From Octopus vulgaris (taxonomy: Eukaryota), in NCBI GenBank assembly GCA_951406725.2, contig OX597818.1, positions 39,804,001 to 39,868,000 of the forward strand: a DNA stretch of 64,000 nucleotides, read 5' to 3'. A program made the translations under genes and the position numbers. The notes under the pieces are model-generated. The model was not told the origin of the DNA. It saw nothing but the letters and a program-made list of their open reading frames with translations, and did no database searches. Shown here piece by piece: positions 1 through 12,799 of this stretch; within the stretch, counting starts at the first letter, position 1; every line of letters starts with the position of its first letter.

Positions 1-269
1 TGCCATCTGTGATTTTATTTTTGATCTTCTATATATTTCCTCCATCTAGCTGATTTTCTCTCAACTAAACGGGAAGTTACATTGCGGAACTGTCGTTTTA
101 ATGAGTTGTATTTATTTATCACCCGACGAGATACATCTGCACCGCAGGATGCTCCTGAACGAGTTGTTGAGTGTTCCACCCATGAGGAATCGATGCTTGG
201 TATGTCGAAACAATTGTCATGGTTAATAATAAATACTTGTATATTCCATCTTACGTCTTTCATTTGCCA

Positions 270-426
270 TCCTTGGATCTTTCCTTTTTCTATGTTTCTG
301 ACGAAGAGCTCCGCTCGAAACGTTAAATCCTCCTTCTTTCTTTCCTTTCCTGAGCGTCCAATAACACTATACTTGTTCCACATCCTAGCGTTGTTGTGTT
401 TTCTCTTTGCGTTTTCATGTTTGGAT

Positions 427-428
<2 letters not shown>
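270..428 (+). mobile_element. Short hammerhead-bearing repeat module (PLE terminal-repeat / retrozyme-like), copy 1
   Basis: GGATCTTTCC...GTTTCTGACGAAGAGCTCCGCTCGAAACGTTAAA...TTCCTGAGCG...TTGTTCCAC...GTTTGGATTA followed by (TA)n. The same module recurs at ~5385, ~14865 and ~32928 (minus). Confidence 0.75.
294..328 (+). ncRNA. Minimal type I hammerhead ribozyme motif
   Basis: CTGACGA core at 298-304, stem II GAGC/GCTC with a TCC loop, GAAA at 317-320, palindromic ACGT stem III, short stem I GTTT/AAAT. Confidence 0.7.
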
Positions 429-463
<35 letters not shown>

Positions 464-508
464 GTATGCATGTATGTATGCATGCAACCATGTATGTATG
501 TATGTATG

Positions 509-537
<29 letters not shown>
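428..537. repeat. (TA)n/(TATG)n microsatellite
   Basis: Direct reading. A similar (TATG)n tract lies at 786-960. Confidence 0.95.
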
Positions 538-539
<2 letters not shown>

Positions 540-636
540 TGATAGTAGGGAATATAATTCCAAACTTACAGGGAAAAATTCAATTTAGCAATTCTAAATC
601 AAATTTCATCATATATGATATATGTAATTAAGAGAA

Positions 637-787
637 ATAACCTCTATTAAGTAATTCAATGGTGAAAGACATTATCCATATTATATAGAAAAAAATTTAA
701 ATATACTTTAATAAATATTATTCAAAAAAATTTTTCTGTGTAATATGGATAATGTCTTTCACTATTGAATTACTTAATAGAGGTTAT
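637..787. repeat. Long near-perfect palindrome (inverted duplication)
   Basis: ATAACCTCTATTAAGTAATTCAATGGTGAAAGACATTATCCATATTA at the left, and its reverse complement ending at 787. Confidence 0.9.
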
Positions 788-1061
788 GTATGTATGTATG
801 TATGTATGTATGTATGTATGTATGTATGTATGTATGTATGTATGTATGTATGTATTATGTATGTATGTATGTATGTGTGTATGTGTGTATGTGTGTATGT
901 ATGTATGTATGTATGTATTATGTATGCATGTATTTACGTATGTATGTAAGTATGTATGTATGGATATGGATGGATGGATGGATGGATGGATGTGTGTATA
1001 TGTATATATGAAAAAACAAGTCAGGATAGAAAATGCTAAAATAATTTTATAAAGAACATTT

Positions 1062-1097
1062 CAGTACCGGTTTCAGTCATTGAGACCTTTTCAACTG
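1062..1097 (-). ncRNA. Minimal hammerhead ribozyme motif with U3-A8 core variant
   Basis: Minus strand reads CAG-TTGAAAA-GGTC tcaat GACT-GAAA-CCGG-TA-CTG: stem I CAG/CTG, stem II GGTC/GACT, palindromic ACCGGT stem III, GUA cleavage triplet. Confidence 0.65.
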
Positions 1098-1190
1098 TAA
1101 CAATTAAATAATTAAATTTAGAAAAATTAAAAGAAAAGTCTTTTTAAAAGAATATTTGTATAGTGTTCAAATATAAGTGGCATTTTCCTT

Positions 1191-1284
<94 letters not shown>

Positions 1285-1288
<4 letters not shown>

Positions 1289-1510
1289 TTAAATTTATAC
1301 AAATTTATTACCAGTGGCCTAGCATGCATAAAAAGTCAATAGATTACATATTATTCAATATAAAATAGTGTATATTTAAAACACAAAGAGAAATTACCAA
1401 TAACAGGCAATTTCTCTTTGTGTACACTATTTCATATTGAATGATATGTAGTCTATTGACTTTTTATGCATGCTAGGCCACTGGTAATAAATTTGTATAA
1501 ATTTAATACT
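1285..1510. repeat. ~225-bp near-perfect palindrome next to a (TA)n tract
   Basis: AGTATTAAATTTATACAAATTTATTACCAGTGGCCTAGCATGCATAAAAAGTCAATAG and its reverse complement ending at 1510. The central part recurs inverted at ~1860-1912. Confidence 0.92.
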
Positions 1511-1680
1511 CTATATAGATATCTAAGTATCGATATTAGCTTTTCAAAGTTCGTTTCGGCATTCTTCATTTTCTGCCGACTGAAACTACACTTGCATGGT
1601 GGATTTTGAAAAAATTATAACACATAGAGATGAGACACTTGCTATCGGTCTCATGATTATTTGTTAGTCTTGGACGGCTC

Positions 1681-1764
1681 GGTTACTCAAGAGGATTTGC
1701 CTTGTATATTAAATTATTTTATTTTATTTACTAAAAAAAAACCCCGAAACCTATAGGTATAACT
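1681..1764 (+). ncRNA. Degenerate hammerhead motif (G5>C)
   Basis: GGTTA-CTCAAGA-GG...CC-GAAA-CCTATAGG-TA-TAACT: stem I GTTA/TAAC, palindromic ACCTATAGGT stem III, one core substitution. Confidence 0.5.
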
Positions 1765-1908
1765 GTAAAAACAAGGTAAAAGTTTTTATTTTTCATTCCT
1801 TTTGAAATTGCTTAAACTTTTCTGTGGTCTTCAGTCGTTTTGACTGTCCTTAGCTTGTAGAAATTGCCTGTTATTGGTAATTTCCCATTGTGTTTTAAAT
1901 GTACACTA

Positions 1909-1987
<79 letters not shown>

Positions 1988-2497
1988 TATTTATATATAT
2001 ACATAAACTTTTCTAAAAGTTACTTGAAAGAGTTACAATAATTAGATAAAACATTATATTTTAAAGTTATTTACTTTAAAAAAAATTCTTTTATTTAACA
2101 GAATGTCGCTAACCTCTGTGCAAGAAATTCGTATACAGTACGTATTTTACATCTTGTGTGTCTTTGTGTGTAAGCTCTTTCGTTTTTCAACTTACAAAAT
2201 CACATGCGCTCTGGCTTAATGCATTATCTATTTTTGTCTTTTTTTTTCTATTTGAAATAGTTATTTATTTTTATATTTGAGATAAATAGTTATATTGATG
2301 AAACAGTAGTAGAGCTTAGAATGAAATTATGAAAAGTCTGTGTAAACTGTTTTTATTCTAACTTAAACGCGTCTCTGTGTGCGTGGACTAAGGTTGGTAA
2401 GTAATATATAGCAACATACCTTTACAAGTGAAAGGACTCAATAGAGTAAAGCTGACTGTGCCTCCAAGTTTCATCTCTTTTGACATATTCAAGCATG

Positions 2498-2552
<55 letters not shown>

Positions 2553-2648
2553 CATCTATATATATATATATATCATGCACACACATATTTATAGTAGTAT
2601 ATATATGTATAGTATACATATATATATTATGTTATATATGTCTGTGTG

Positions 2649-2742
<94 letters not shown>

Positions 2743-3359
2743 AGTATATATATATATACATATTTCTTTGTTTTTCTTTCTCACCCTTTCTCTTCCCCTT
2801 CACCGTTCTTTTTCTCTCCCTCTCTCTCCCTCACCCTTCCTCCTTGACTCTCTCGTTGCTCACACGTGACCAGTGGCTTTCTTTCTTCCCCTTGCCTACG
2901 AGAGACAAGACACTCTTTTGTCTGTCTCCTGTCAAAGCTCGTTTCTCCAGCGTTCACCACTTCACCTTGTTATGACTTAACAACCCTTACCGTTTGTTTG
3001 TACTGTTTTGTTCTTACTGTCCTGTTTTTGTTACCACTTTAACCCTCCGCAAATCCCAAATTTTATTTAATTTGCTTTGCGGAACGACTGTTTTAACGAA
3101 GTCGCATCTTGTACCAACCTTCGAAATGCGGAGTAGGTGACAACTGATGAAGGGAATGTTCTTTATGTTGCCTGTCTCGTTTCTCTATTTCTTTCTTTCG
3201 TTGTTTGAAAAAAGTTCGTTTTCCATGTTTGTTTGTTTTTTTTTTGTTTTTTATGTTCTCGTTTTTTTAATTTTGTTCCCTTTTTTTTACGTCCTGTAAC
3301 CATATATGGATGTATATATACGTATATATGTAGGTATGTACATATATGTATATATATAA

Positions 3360-4670
3360 GCATATGTATCACACATACACACGCACACGTACACATACAC
3401 ACACACACCTACATACATACATTACACTTGTACACACACACACTTACATTCATACACACACACACCTACACAGCCATACCCTCACTCAGACACACACACC
3501 TACCTACACACACACACAAACACACCCAGACACACATCTACACACACACGCCTACACACATACATACACACATACATAAACACACACACATACACACACA
3601 CACACACATACACACACACACATATACTTATACACATGCACACACACACACACACATACATACACCCATACACATACACACACACATACCTACATACTCC
3701 TATACGCACATACATACACACAGACATACACACATACACACTCACACAAACATACACACACACATACTTACACACACACTCGCCTGCACGCGCACACACA
3801 TGCATGACAAACACCCATACACTCACACTCACATACGCACACACCAACATAAACACGCACACGCACACACACACCTACACTCCCACACACATACATACGC
3901 ACCTACATACACACACGCACGCATACACACGCACGCATACACACGCACACACACGCATACACACATACATTACACACGTACACACACACCTACATACACA
4001 TGCATACACACACACACACAAACATGCACGGACACACCCAGACATACATACATACACATATACACACACGCCCACACACCTACATACACACACATACATA
4101 CACACACATACACGGACACACCCATACATACTTACATATATACACCTATACACACACGCCTACACACCTACATACACACACATGCATACACACACACACA
4201 TGTACGCACATACACACACATATACGCACATACATATATACCCACACACACACATACGCACATGCATGCATGCATGCACACGCGCACACCTACACGCATA
4301 CATGCATACATGCATACACACACACACACGCACGTACACATACATACATACACACACACATACATACACCCATACACATACATGCATCCTACACACACAT
4401 ACATACACACTCACACATACATACACACACACACACTCACTCACACACCTGTATGTACGCGCACACACATGCACATACACACACTTCCACACACCCACAC
4501 GTACATACATACACACTCATACACATACACACACACACACACACGGACATACATCTATGCACACACATATATACACACATACTTACATACATTCATCGGA
4601 CACACTGACACCCAGACATACACACAGACACACTCACACATCCACACACATACATACTTACACACACACT
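3360..4670. repeat. Long degenerate (CA)n/(CATA)n low-complexity tract
   Basis: Direct reading. It is the source of the His/Thr-rich pseudo-ORFs. Confidence 0.95.
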
Positions 4671-5384
4671 CGCAGGCGCGCGCACACAGGCGCTTGCGCC
4701 GGTTCGCGCACGCATACGCGCATGCATGCACCTCGCTCTTGGACCCGACGAGACCTCCCGCTCGTTTCTGGGGCCGTCGCCTGTCGTTGGGTTCTCCCAC
4801 GCCCGTCTCCGCGGGACCACTCTTCCATCTTTCCCTCAGCTGGAGTCCTTTTTCCTTATAACCCCCCCCCTTTTTTGTTACACACACGCGCACACATACA
4901 TACACCCACTCACACACACACATTTGCTTAAATATATACATTACTCTTACACACACTTCAAATCTACTCGCCATACATACAACTACGACACTGGACACAC
5001 ACACTACTACTCAACACACACGCTGGCACGTTACATACGCCCCCACCCCTTCCCCTCCCTCCCTTCCTCCTTCCTTCATTTTCTTACTACTGACCACTGT
5101 CTGCTATGCCTACTACTGTTCGCCCTACCTCACACGCCTACACACAGACGCACACACTAACATATACATATATTTTTTGTTTTTTTATCTCGCCTCACAC
5201 ACACATACACACACGCACACGCACACACTCACACATACACACACATCTGTTGCGTTACCAACCCTGTCTCCACTCTTTTGGCTTTAAAAACCTACTTTGC
5301 TCTTGTTATCGTAAACTTCCGCCTTTCACCATGTGTACTTCGTAAACACCAGTCGTTTTTTTTTTCTCCCTCTTGTTGCCCACC

Positions 5385-5542
5385 TTGGGATCTTTCTTTC
5401 CTCTCTCTTCCTTCTTTATGTTTCCGACGAAGAGCTCCGCTCGAAACGTCATACCTTCCTGCTTCCATCTTTCCTGAGCGCCTATTAATAATAATACTGT
5501 AATTGTTCCACGTGTTGTTTTTTCTGTTTTCCCGTTTGGATT

Positions 5543-5548
<6 letters not shown>
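5385..5548 (+). mobile_element. Hammerhead-bearing repeat module, copy 2 (motif at 5420-5454)
   Basis: GTTTCCGACGAAGAGCTCCGCTCGAAACGTCATAC (CCGA core variant, GUC triplet), followed by TTCCTGAGCG...GTTTGGATTA and (TA)n. Confidence 0.75.
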
Positions 5549-5588
<40 letters not shown>

Positions 5589-6329
5589 TTATATATATAT
5601 ATATGTGTGTGTGTATGTATATATATATGTATATGTGTGCGTGTGTATGTATATATTGGTGGGGCAGGGGTGAAACGCAACCATTTTAAGGAACCTTAAT
5701 TCCACAGTATGCACAGAGTTTCAAATAGTATTTTAAATAAAATATATGAAAATTGGGGTTATGTGACCCCTCGCATAACCCCCTACACAATTAAATACCC
5801 TAATTTTCTATAGTAATCATATAATCTCTTACACATATATACTAAATTGCTTATGGGTATGAAACATTTAATTGTATTCCACTTTAGAAACCTCGTTTAA
5901 AACATCTGATGAGTAAAAATAACAAAAACATTGAGATATAAGGCAACTGGTAGGTAGGTGCCCTTCCAACATGGTAAAATTACAACTTTTCTATATGTGT
6001 TAAATTAATATTTTTTTAGAAAATGTATACATTTATTAAATGATTTTCTTTTGTTTTTCAGATTATTTCAGAATTATTATTGTACTATAATTTTACAAAA
6101 ATACCTACATAAATTCAAACTGTAATAATTTAAGTATATAAAATTATATAATGGCAACAAGAAGTAAAAGCTGTAATTTAACATTTGGATTTCCTGCAGA
6201 ATTTCCTACGGCATCAAAGGCTGATGTATTCCGACATTATTTATCTCTATATATAAAGCTGAAGTTGTCTGTGTATGGCAGGTTTTGTAGCCTTCAACTA
6301 ACACTATCTCCTCCAAGACCCTGCGGCGC

Positions 6330-6630
6330 AAGTTGACCAAAATTGAGAGTATGATAGAAGGTTTGCTCTTCCTTCCGTAGAAGAAAAAATTCAAATCGGA
6401 CCATGTTAACACCAAAAATTATTTACATCAAGAAGGTGCTTTTTTTCTATGAAAATCCTTATCATTTACGATTTTTTGACTGCTGTGTCGCCATTTTTCG
6501 GTGTATTTCAACCAGAAAAATGTTTACTTAAAAAGAATAACAAGCTATATAATGCAAAACTTTTACTTTTCAAAAATTTCAATTCTAAAGGGTCGAAACA
6601 AACCCGAGCAATGCTGGGCGATACTGCTAG
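6330..6630 (+). mobile_element. Non-autonomous Helitron-like fragment (3' terminus clear, 5' boundary approximate)
   Basis: Hairpin CCCGAGCA-A-TGCTGGG about 8 nt before CTAG (6627-6630), followed by T, which is the canonical Helitron 3' end. Confidence 0.55.
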
Positions 6631-7295
6631 TACATAAGTAAACATGAAGAACAGATATCAAAAACTTCAGCCACAGCAAAAGAATTCTACCAGATTGTTA
6701 CGGCAGATGTTCAAACAATATGGAACACATTTTCTTTTCTTTACATTGGGTATGAGGGAAAAGCTCTAAAAATTGAGAGATTAATTGTAAATTAAACAAA
6801 TGCTTGTAAATTAAACAAAATACTTATCAAGCAAAGAGGAAATAGTTTTGATAAGAAATTAGAGGAGTTCAATGAAATGTTTGAATTATGCACCTGCACG
6901 TGTTATGACAAACAAATAAAAAGATCTGACTGTCATAGCCAAGACCTCTTCTCTGTCACAGCCAAGGAGTCAAGCGTGCTATCAATTTAGTGACAAAAGC
7001 ACCTGAAGTCAGAATAGGCTACAAAAATAGGCACAATTTCATATTAAATGTGCAGAAATCAATACAAAGTTTACCTCACTTTGACTGGAAAAGACAATGG
7101 TCATTTAATTAAATAGTAAATACTATTAATGCTTATTTTATGGTGTTCACTGTTCATGTATTTCATTTGAGATTCATGCATATTTTTTCTTATTGCCTAT
7201 CATAATAGTCATTAAGAATTTAATCTTTTTTTTTTACATAGAAAGTGTTTTTCTGTATATAGGCTTTTCTTATAGAAAAACGAATACAAACTATA

Positions 7296-7712
7296 TGGTA
7301 AGTAGCTTGCTTACCAACCACATGGTCATGGGTTCAGTCCCACTGTGTGACGCTTTGGGCAAGTGTCTTCTACTATAGCCTCGGGCTGACCAAAGCCTTG
7401 TGAGTGGATTTGGTAGATGGAAACTGGAAGAAGCCCATCGCATATATATGTATATATATATATGTGTGTGTGTGCGTGTATATGTGTGTGTCTGTGTTTG
7501 TCCCCCCAACATCGCTTGACAACCGATGCTGGTATGTTTATGTCCCCATAGCTTAGCGGTTTGGCAAAAGTGACCGATAGAATAAGTACTAGGCTTACAA
7601 AGAATAAGCTCTGGGGGTCGAGTTGCTCGACTAAAGGTGGTGCTCCAGCACGGCCACAGTCAAATGACTGAAGCAAGTAAAATGAATAAAAAGAAAAAAG
7701 AATAAATAAAGA
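7296..7712 (+). mobile_element. tRNA-derived SINE family A (central microsatellite, GTAAAAGA-type tail)
   Basis: B box GGTTCAGTCCC, TTGGGCAAGTGTCTTCTACTATAGCC, GTGAGTGGATTTGGTAGA, and tail GGTGCTCCAGCA...GTCAAATGACTGAA. More than 12 copies occur in the window. Confidence 0.9.
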
Positions 7713-7911
7713 TTTCAATAACTGTTTTTTTCAGGTGGTGGTGTTGGGGGTTGCATATAATTCATAAAATGTTATATAGGTAATATTTAACCAATACAAA
7801 GTTAATAGCATTAAAACAAGTTTACAGTTCTTTACATATTCAGTATTCAAAACGCAGAATTAGGGGGTTGGCAATGCAAGGGGTAGGGGCAATCGCATAA
7901 TTTTAAAATTT

Positions 7912-8277
7912 ACTCTTTTATTTGTTTCAGTCATTTGACTGTGGCCATGCTGGAGCACCGCCTTTAGTCAAGCAAATCGATCCCAGGATTTATTCTTTGT
8001 AAGCCTAGTACTTATTCTATCGGTCTCTTTTGCCGAACTGCTAAGTTACGGGGGCGTAAACACACCAGCATCGGTTGTTGGGGGACAAACACACACATAC
8101 ATATATATATATACATATATATGATGGGCTTCTTTCAGTTTCTGTCTACCAAATCCACTCACAAGGCTTTGGTCGATCCAAGGCTATAGTAGAAGATACT
8201 TGCCCAAGGTGCCACGCAGTGGGACTGAACCTGGAACCATGTGGTAGGTAAGCAAACTACTTACCCACACAGCCTAT
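7912..8277 (-). mobile_element. SINE family A
   Basis: Reverse complement of the family A consensus, lying tail-to-tail with the 7296 copy. Confidence 0.9.
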
Positions 8278-8408
8278 CCTTTTTATTTGTTAATTTATTT
8301 CTCACACCAAAATGAACACCAAGCAATATGTAGAATCAGAATACAAAATTTCGCCCCCCACCACACACACACACACACACACTAATATATATATATATAT
8401 ATATATAT

Positions 8409-8443
<35 letters not shown>

Positions 8444-8544
8444 CATAGAGAGAGAGAGAGAAGGAGAGAAAGGAGGAAACAAAGAAATACATATATATGT
8501 GCATGGCTTAGTGGTTAGGGGTATTCACTCATGATCCTAAGGTC

Positions 8545-8813
8545 ACAGGGGATTAGTTTAGGAGTCATGTCCCTTGATTGGGCATGCTGTGAAGCCCACA
8601 AGAGTTTCTTGAAATGGGGAAAGTGTGTATTATTCATGTAGTGCTCCAGTCGTAGATGTATGTAACTGTGTTCATCGGTCTGTTTTCTTTCTGCAAAGGA
8701 TAAAGTCAGGGTGGGGTGGGGGTTACGTTAGCATGTGGTGTGTAATGTGTGTGTGTGTTTGTATGTGGAAGGGATCTGTGTATATGTGGAGGTACAATTT
8801 GTGTGAAGAGGTA

Positions 8814-8815
<2 letters not shown>
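8545..8815 (-). mobile_element. Fragment of PLE 3' region (same family as 49270-50075)
   Basis: TTAGGAGTCATGTCCCTTGATTGGGCATGCTGTGAAGCCCACAAGAGTTTCTTGAAATGGGG matches 49480-49545. Confidence 0.7.
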
Positions 8816-8853
<38 letters not shown>

Positions 8854-9169
8854 GTTGTTGTTGTTATGATTATTATTATCATTATTATTATCATCATCAT
8901 AATCATCAGCGGCAATCTAAATAATCTAAATAACTAGATTTACCGCTGATAATAATAATAATAATAATATTAATAATAATAACAATAATAATGATGATGA
9001 TAATAATGATAATAATAATAACATCTTTATGAGTATTCATTTTGAATATTTACTTATTCTTACATATGATGATGATGATGATGATATATTATGCACTTTC
9101 AATGAGATTGATGGTTAAGTTGGGAGTTTTGACTTCCACTTTATAGTAACCTGGTGCATCGTGTACCCT

Positions 9170-9226
<57 letters not shown>

Positions 9227-9243
9227 ATACATACACACACACA

Positions 9244-9491
9244 CAGGGTTGGCCAAAGTCACCTGACAGTAAATCAAAACCCATTTAATTCCAAGATTAT
9301 AACGAAAAATTATTTCATATGAGACTTCACTAATAAATAGACAAATGTTGAAAAAAACAGCAAAACAACTGGTGATTTTAACTCACAGAATTCAATTATT
9401 AAGCATTCATAATTAGAATGAAAAAATAAAACTGGTTATTAAGTATTTCTGGAACTTTGATTTACTGTTGAGTGACTTTGGGCAAATGCTG
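9244..9491. mobile_element. Tc1/mariner-type MITE
   Basis: TIRs CAGGGTTGGCCAAAGTCACCTGACAGTAAATCAAA and TTTGATTTACTGTTGAGTGACTTTGGGCAAATGCTG, set in TA-rich flanks. Confidence 0.75.
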
Positions 9492-9835
<344 letters not shown>

Positions 9836-10199
9836 TGCAGATACACTCAAACATGCACGTACTCTGTCTCTCTGTCTCTCTTACACACACGCACATGCAT
9901 AAACATAGGTAAAGATATAGAGAATTGAGCATAAAATAAGTTCATTCCTTGATCACTAACGCTTTAAGAATATTCATTTAAATTAATAATACCACTGAAG
10001 CAATATTTTAATTTTTTTTCTTTTTGTAAAATAAATATTGAGTTTAAGTTTTCGAGCAATTCATTTAAAATACACGCACCCAGTCGTGGGTTTTGTTTTT
10101 CATGTGTTTTCTGACTCCCCTAGACACAACAAGATGAAATATGAAATATTAAACAAACACACGAAGTGAAGAAAACTTTTCACCTGTATATGTAATTGC

Positions 10200-10400
10200 G
10201 TGGTTGCCTTAACAGATCTGCTCACCTGACGTGCTTGCTTGCTTCTCTGTTTTGATGCTATTGTGTTACACAAGCTGATAAATAACGAATCACGTGTCAA
10301 CAGTACCTGGATTTCTATGTCAACAAAAAGTTGTTAGAGAAGGTATAAAAGGAGGCGTTTACAAAATCAATCGAGCGTCGACAGCAGACGATATTTTGAG
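10200..10400 (+). promoter_or_regulatory. Candidate Pol II core promoter/enhancer in a repeat-free island
   Basis: TATAAAAG at 10344-10351, Inr-like TCAATC at 10367, CACGTG at 10291, TGACGT at 10227, TGATAA at 10276. Motifs only; there is no transcript evidence. Confidence 0.3.
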
Positions 10401-10438
10401 AGGAGGAAAAGAGGTGAAGATGGACTTAAAAGAAATGA

Positions 10439-10900
<462 letters not shown>

Positions 10901-11489
10901 AGAGGGAGAAAAAGAGAGAGGTAGAAAATGAATGAATGAATGGGTTGATGGATGGGTAGATGCTGAGCTGTCTCAAGGCATGAGCAGACAGGCAGTTTCC
11001 CAGGGGTCATCAAGGGTCTAAAGGCCCAGTTCTAAATGATGTATTGCAGTCAATAAATACCATAAGACCCAGGACATTAATTTGCCTGGGACTATAATGC
11101 TACTAAAATAGCCCTGGGTAGATGGGTAGATTGATGGATAAACATACATATATACATGTTTATGTACATACATACATACATACGTATGTACATACATACA
11201 TATATACATACGTATGTACATACATACATACATACGTATGTACATACATACATACATACATACATACGTACGTATGTACATACATACATACATACATACA
11301 TACATACATACATACATACGTATCTACATACATACATACATACATACATACATACGTATGTACATACATACGTATGTACATACATACATGCATACATACA
11401 TACATACATACATGCATACATACATATGTATGTATGTATGCATGTTTATCTCTTATGATAATCTATGCATAAATGCATGCCCACGCACG

Positions 11490-11520
<31 letters not shown>

Positions 11521-12309
11521 ACATGGATGTATGTACGTAGATAGATAGATAGAGAGATAGATGGATGGATAGATAAACAGATAGATTGATAGATAGATAG
11601 ATAGATACACACATACATACATACATACATACATACATACATACATACATACATACATACATACACACATAAACAGTGACCTCAGTGACAAGACAGAGAT
11701 GAGAGGGAAAGAAAAACATTTTAGCTAAAGAGTAATCAATTAATGCAAGAGGAAAAAATCATTTGAAAATGTAATCAATAATTTGTTGGATCAATTAATT
11801 TCGCATGTGTTTTAGAAAATGCTCATCATGCTAAAGTGGTGTGTGTGTGTACATTTGTACATGTGAGCATGCGCATGTCTGTGTATTGTCTGTGCATTCC
11901 TGTCTGTATGTATGTATGTGCGTGGCACCTTGGGCAAGTGTTTTCTACAATAGCCTCAGGCTGTTAGGAGCCTTGAGAGTGGATTTTGTAGACAGAAACT
12001 GAAAGAAGCCTGTCATATATTATGTATGCAGGTATGTATGTATGTATGTATGTATGTATGTATGTGTGTGTGTATGTATGCATCCATGTGTGTTTTTGTG
12101 ACTGCATTTGTCCCCTTTTACCACTTGACAACCAGTGTTGGCATGTTTACATCCCTGTGATTTAGCAGTTCAGCAAAAGAAACTGACAGAATAAGTATCA
12201 TGCTTTTAAAATAATCACTTTTAAAATAAGCACTAGAATTCTTCATGGTGGTGCCCCAGCATGGCCACAATCTAAAGATTGAAATCAATAAAAGATAAAA
12301 AATTATATA

Positions 12310-12690
12310 TAGGAGTGGCTGTGTGGTAAGTTGCTTGCTTACCAACCACATGGTCCTGGGTTCAATTGCACTACATGGCACCTTGGGCAAGTGTCTTCTA
12401 CTGTAGCTGCAGGGTGTCCAAGGCCTTGTGAGTGGATTTGGTACAGAGAAACAGAAAGAAACCTTTCGTATATATATGCGTGTGTGTGTGTATGTTTGTG
12501 TGCCTGTATTTGTTCTCTCACCATCGCTTGACAACCATAACTTAGTGATTCGACAAAAAAGAGCAATAGAATAAGTATTAGGCTTACAAAGAATAAGTCC
12601 TGGGGTCGATTTGCTTGACTAAAGGCGGTGCTCCAGCATAGCTGCAGTCAAATGACTTGAAACAAATAAAAGAGTAAAAAAAAGAAAGAG
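12310..12690 (+). mobile_element. SINE family A
   Basis: A box TGGCTGTGTGG, B-box-like GGTTCAATTGC, and the family A body and tail. A decayed partial copy lies upstream at 11920-12300. Confidence 0.88.
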
Positions 12691-12728
12691 TATATATATA
12701 TGTATGTATGTATATATATGTATATATA

Positions 12729-12798
<70 letters not shown>

Positions 12799-12799
<1 letters not shown>

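Larger units (their letters stand above)
5657..8362 (+). mobile_element. Internally deleted, decayed DNA transposon (hAT superfamily, hATm-like) with nested Helitron and SINE insertions
   Basis: N-terminal remnant MATRSKSCNLTFGFPAEFPT at 6151 and C-terminal remnant CHSQGVKRAINLVTKAPEVRIGYKNRHNFI at ~6955-7095 (resembles the PCHTQAVERxVKLVTEA motif). The ends GGTGGGGC...GAAA and TTTCGCCCCCCACC are loosely inverted. Superfamily assignment is from memory. Confidence 0.5.

Noticed and set aside
15-265. Minus-strand 122-aa ORF
   Set aside because: It starts inside the hammerhead module and has no recognisable motif. It may be an element fragment but cannot be supported.
3117-3155. CCTTCGAAA...CTGATGAAGG as a type II hammerhead
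   Set aside because: Both core boxes are present, but stems I and III do not pair convincingly.
3233-4931. 542-aa and 431-aa His/Thr-rich ORFs
   Set aside because: They are translations of degenerate CA repeats, which lack stop codons by composition. The same applies to all YI, MYVC and LSIY ORFs.
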